From: Paecilomyces variotii
Lineage: Eukaryota
Strand: one strand, 5' to 3'
Assembly: GCA_004022145.1 (NCBI GenBank)
Contig: RCNU01000003.1
DNA: 64,000 nt
Part shown: one piece after another, positions 63,322 through 64,000 of the stretch
Layout: every line of letters begins with the position of its first letter
Numbering within the stretch: position 1 is the stretch's first letter
Notes under the pieces: model-generated
Database searches by the model: none
The model's input: only the letters and a program-made list of their open reading frames with translations
What the model was told of the DNA's origin: nothing
Made by a program: the position numbers and the translations under genes

Positions 63322-64000
63322 ATGCGGTTCACGGTGTCAACGCTGCTGCTTCTGGCCAGCTCGTGTCTGGCTAAAACCGTCACCTATGATTGGAATGTCA
63401 CCTGGGTCACCGCAAATCCAGATGGCCTTGCCGAGCGCAAGGTCGTTGGCATCAATGGTCAGTGGCCGCTGCCGATGGTCGAGGTCGATAGGGGCGATCG
63501 TCTAGTCGTCAACATGTACAACGGCCTGGGAGACAAAAACACATCCATCCATTGGCACGGCATGTATCAGAATGGCACCAACTACATGGACGGAGCCTCC
63601 ATGGTCACTCAATGTCCTGTCCCGCCGGGTGCCAGCATCACCTACAACTTCACCGTCGACCAGAATGGCACGTATTGGTACCACTGCCATACGGACTCCT
63701 GCTATCCAGATGGCTACCGGCAAGCGCTGATTGTCCGTGACCAGGATTCCTTCTTCCATGATGACTATGAAGAGGAGTTCGTTATCACCTTGTCCGACTG
63801 GTACCACCATATGACAGAGGGTCTCAAAGAAAAATACTTGGCGCTATACAATCCCACGGGTGCGGAGCCCATCCCGGATTCCTTCCTCTTCAATGATACG
63901 TTGAATACAAGCCTTCCTGTGAAGCCTAACACGACCTATCTGCTACGGTTGATCAATACCGGGGCCTTTGTCGCCCAGTACTTCTACATAGAAGGCCACA
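63322..64000 (+). CDS. fetC: Multicopper ferroxidase (Fet3/FetC family); 3' part runs off the window
   Basis: Signal peptide MRFTVSTLLLLASSCLA, then KTVTYDWNVTWVTANPDG, SIHWHG, GTYWYHCH and YNPTGAEPIP. Divergent from ftrA. Confidence 0.95.
   Translation, partial: MRFTVSTLLLLASSCLAKTVTYDWNVTWVTANPDGLAERKVVGINGQWPLPMVEVDRGDRLVVNMYNGLGDKNTSIHWHGMYQNGTNYMDGASMVTQCPVPPGASITYNFTVDQNGTYWYHCHTDSCYPDGYRQALIVRDQDSFFHDDYEEEFVITLSDWYHHMTEGLKEKYLALYNPTGAEPIPDSFLFNDTLNTSLPVKPNTTYLLRLINTGAFVAQYFYIEGH

Noticed and set aside
1-64000. CRISPR arrays, rRNA, intact transposases or LTR elements
   Set aside because: None seen; the sequence is eukaryotic and shows no repeat-spacer arrays or transposase/RT motifs.

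Overview
Fungal nuclear DNA (Eurotiales, Aspergillus/Penicillium-like), intron-rich, so the ORF track shows only exon fragments. Left block, mostly housekeeping genes: abaA (truncated by the window edge), MRD1, dynein light chain (nudG), a small zinc-ribbon gene, urea transporter (ureA/DUR3), Sec61-beta, a UPF0658-type membrane protein, PCNA and a vezatin-like gene. Two RNA genes invisible to the ORF track lie in this block: the nuclear RNase P RNA (about 26295-26717, +) and an snR64/U74-like C/D snoRNA inside an MRD1 intron (3867-3964, -). Accessory or decayed material is interspersed: an Upf1-like helicase relic, an intronless PD-(D/E)xK-like nuclease gene with an inverted partial paralog 9 kb away, and a jointly decayed PEP synthase + L-lactate dehydrogenase pair next to a bZIP gene. 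Right block: short/branched-chain acyl-CoA dehydrogenase, LaeA-like methyltransferase, spartin-like protein, Kin4/KfsA kinase, and a three-gene reductive iron uptake cluster (ferric reductase, ftrA, fetC) with SreA-type ATCWGATAA sites. All calls come from manual reading of the sequence and recalled family motifs; no searches were run.
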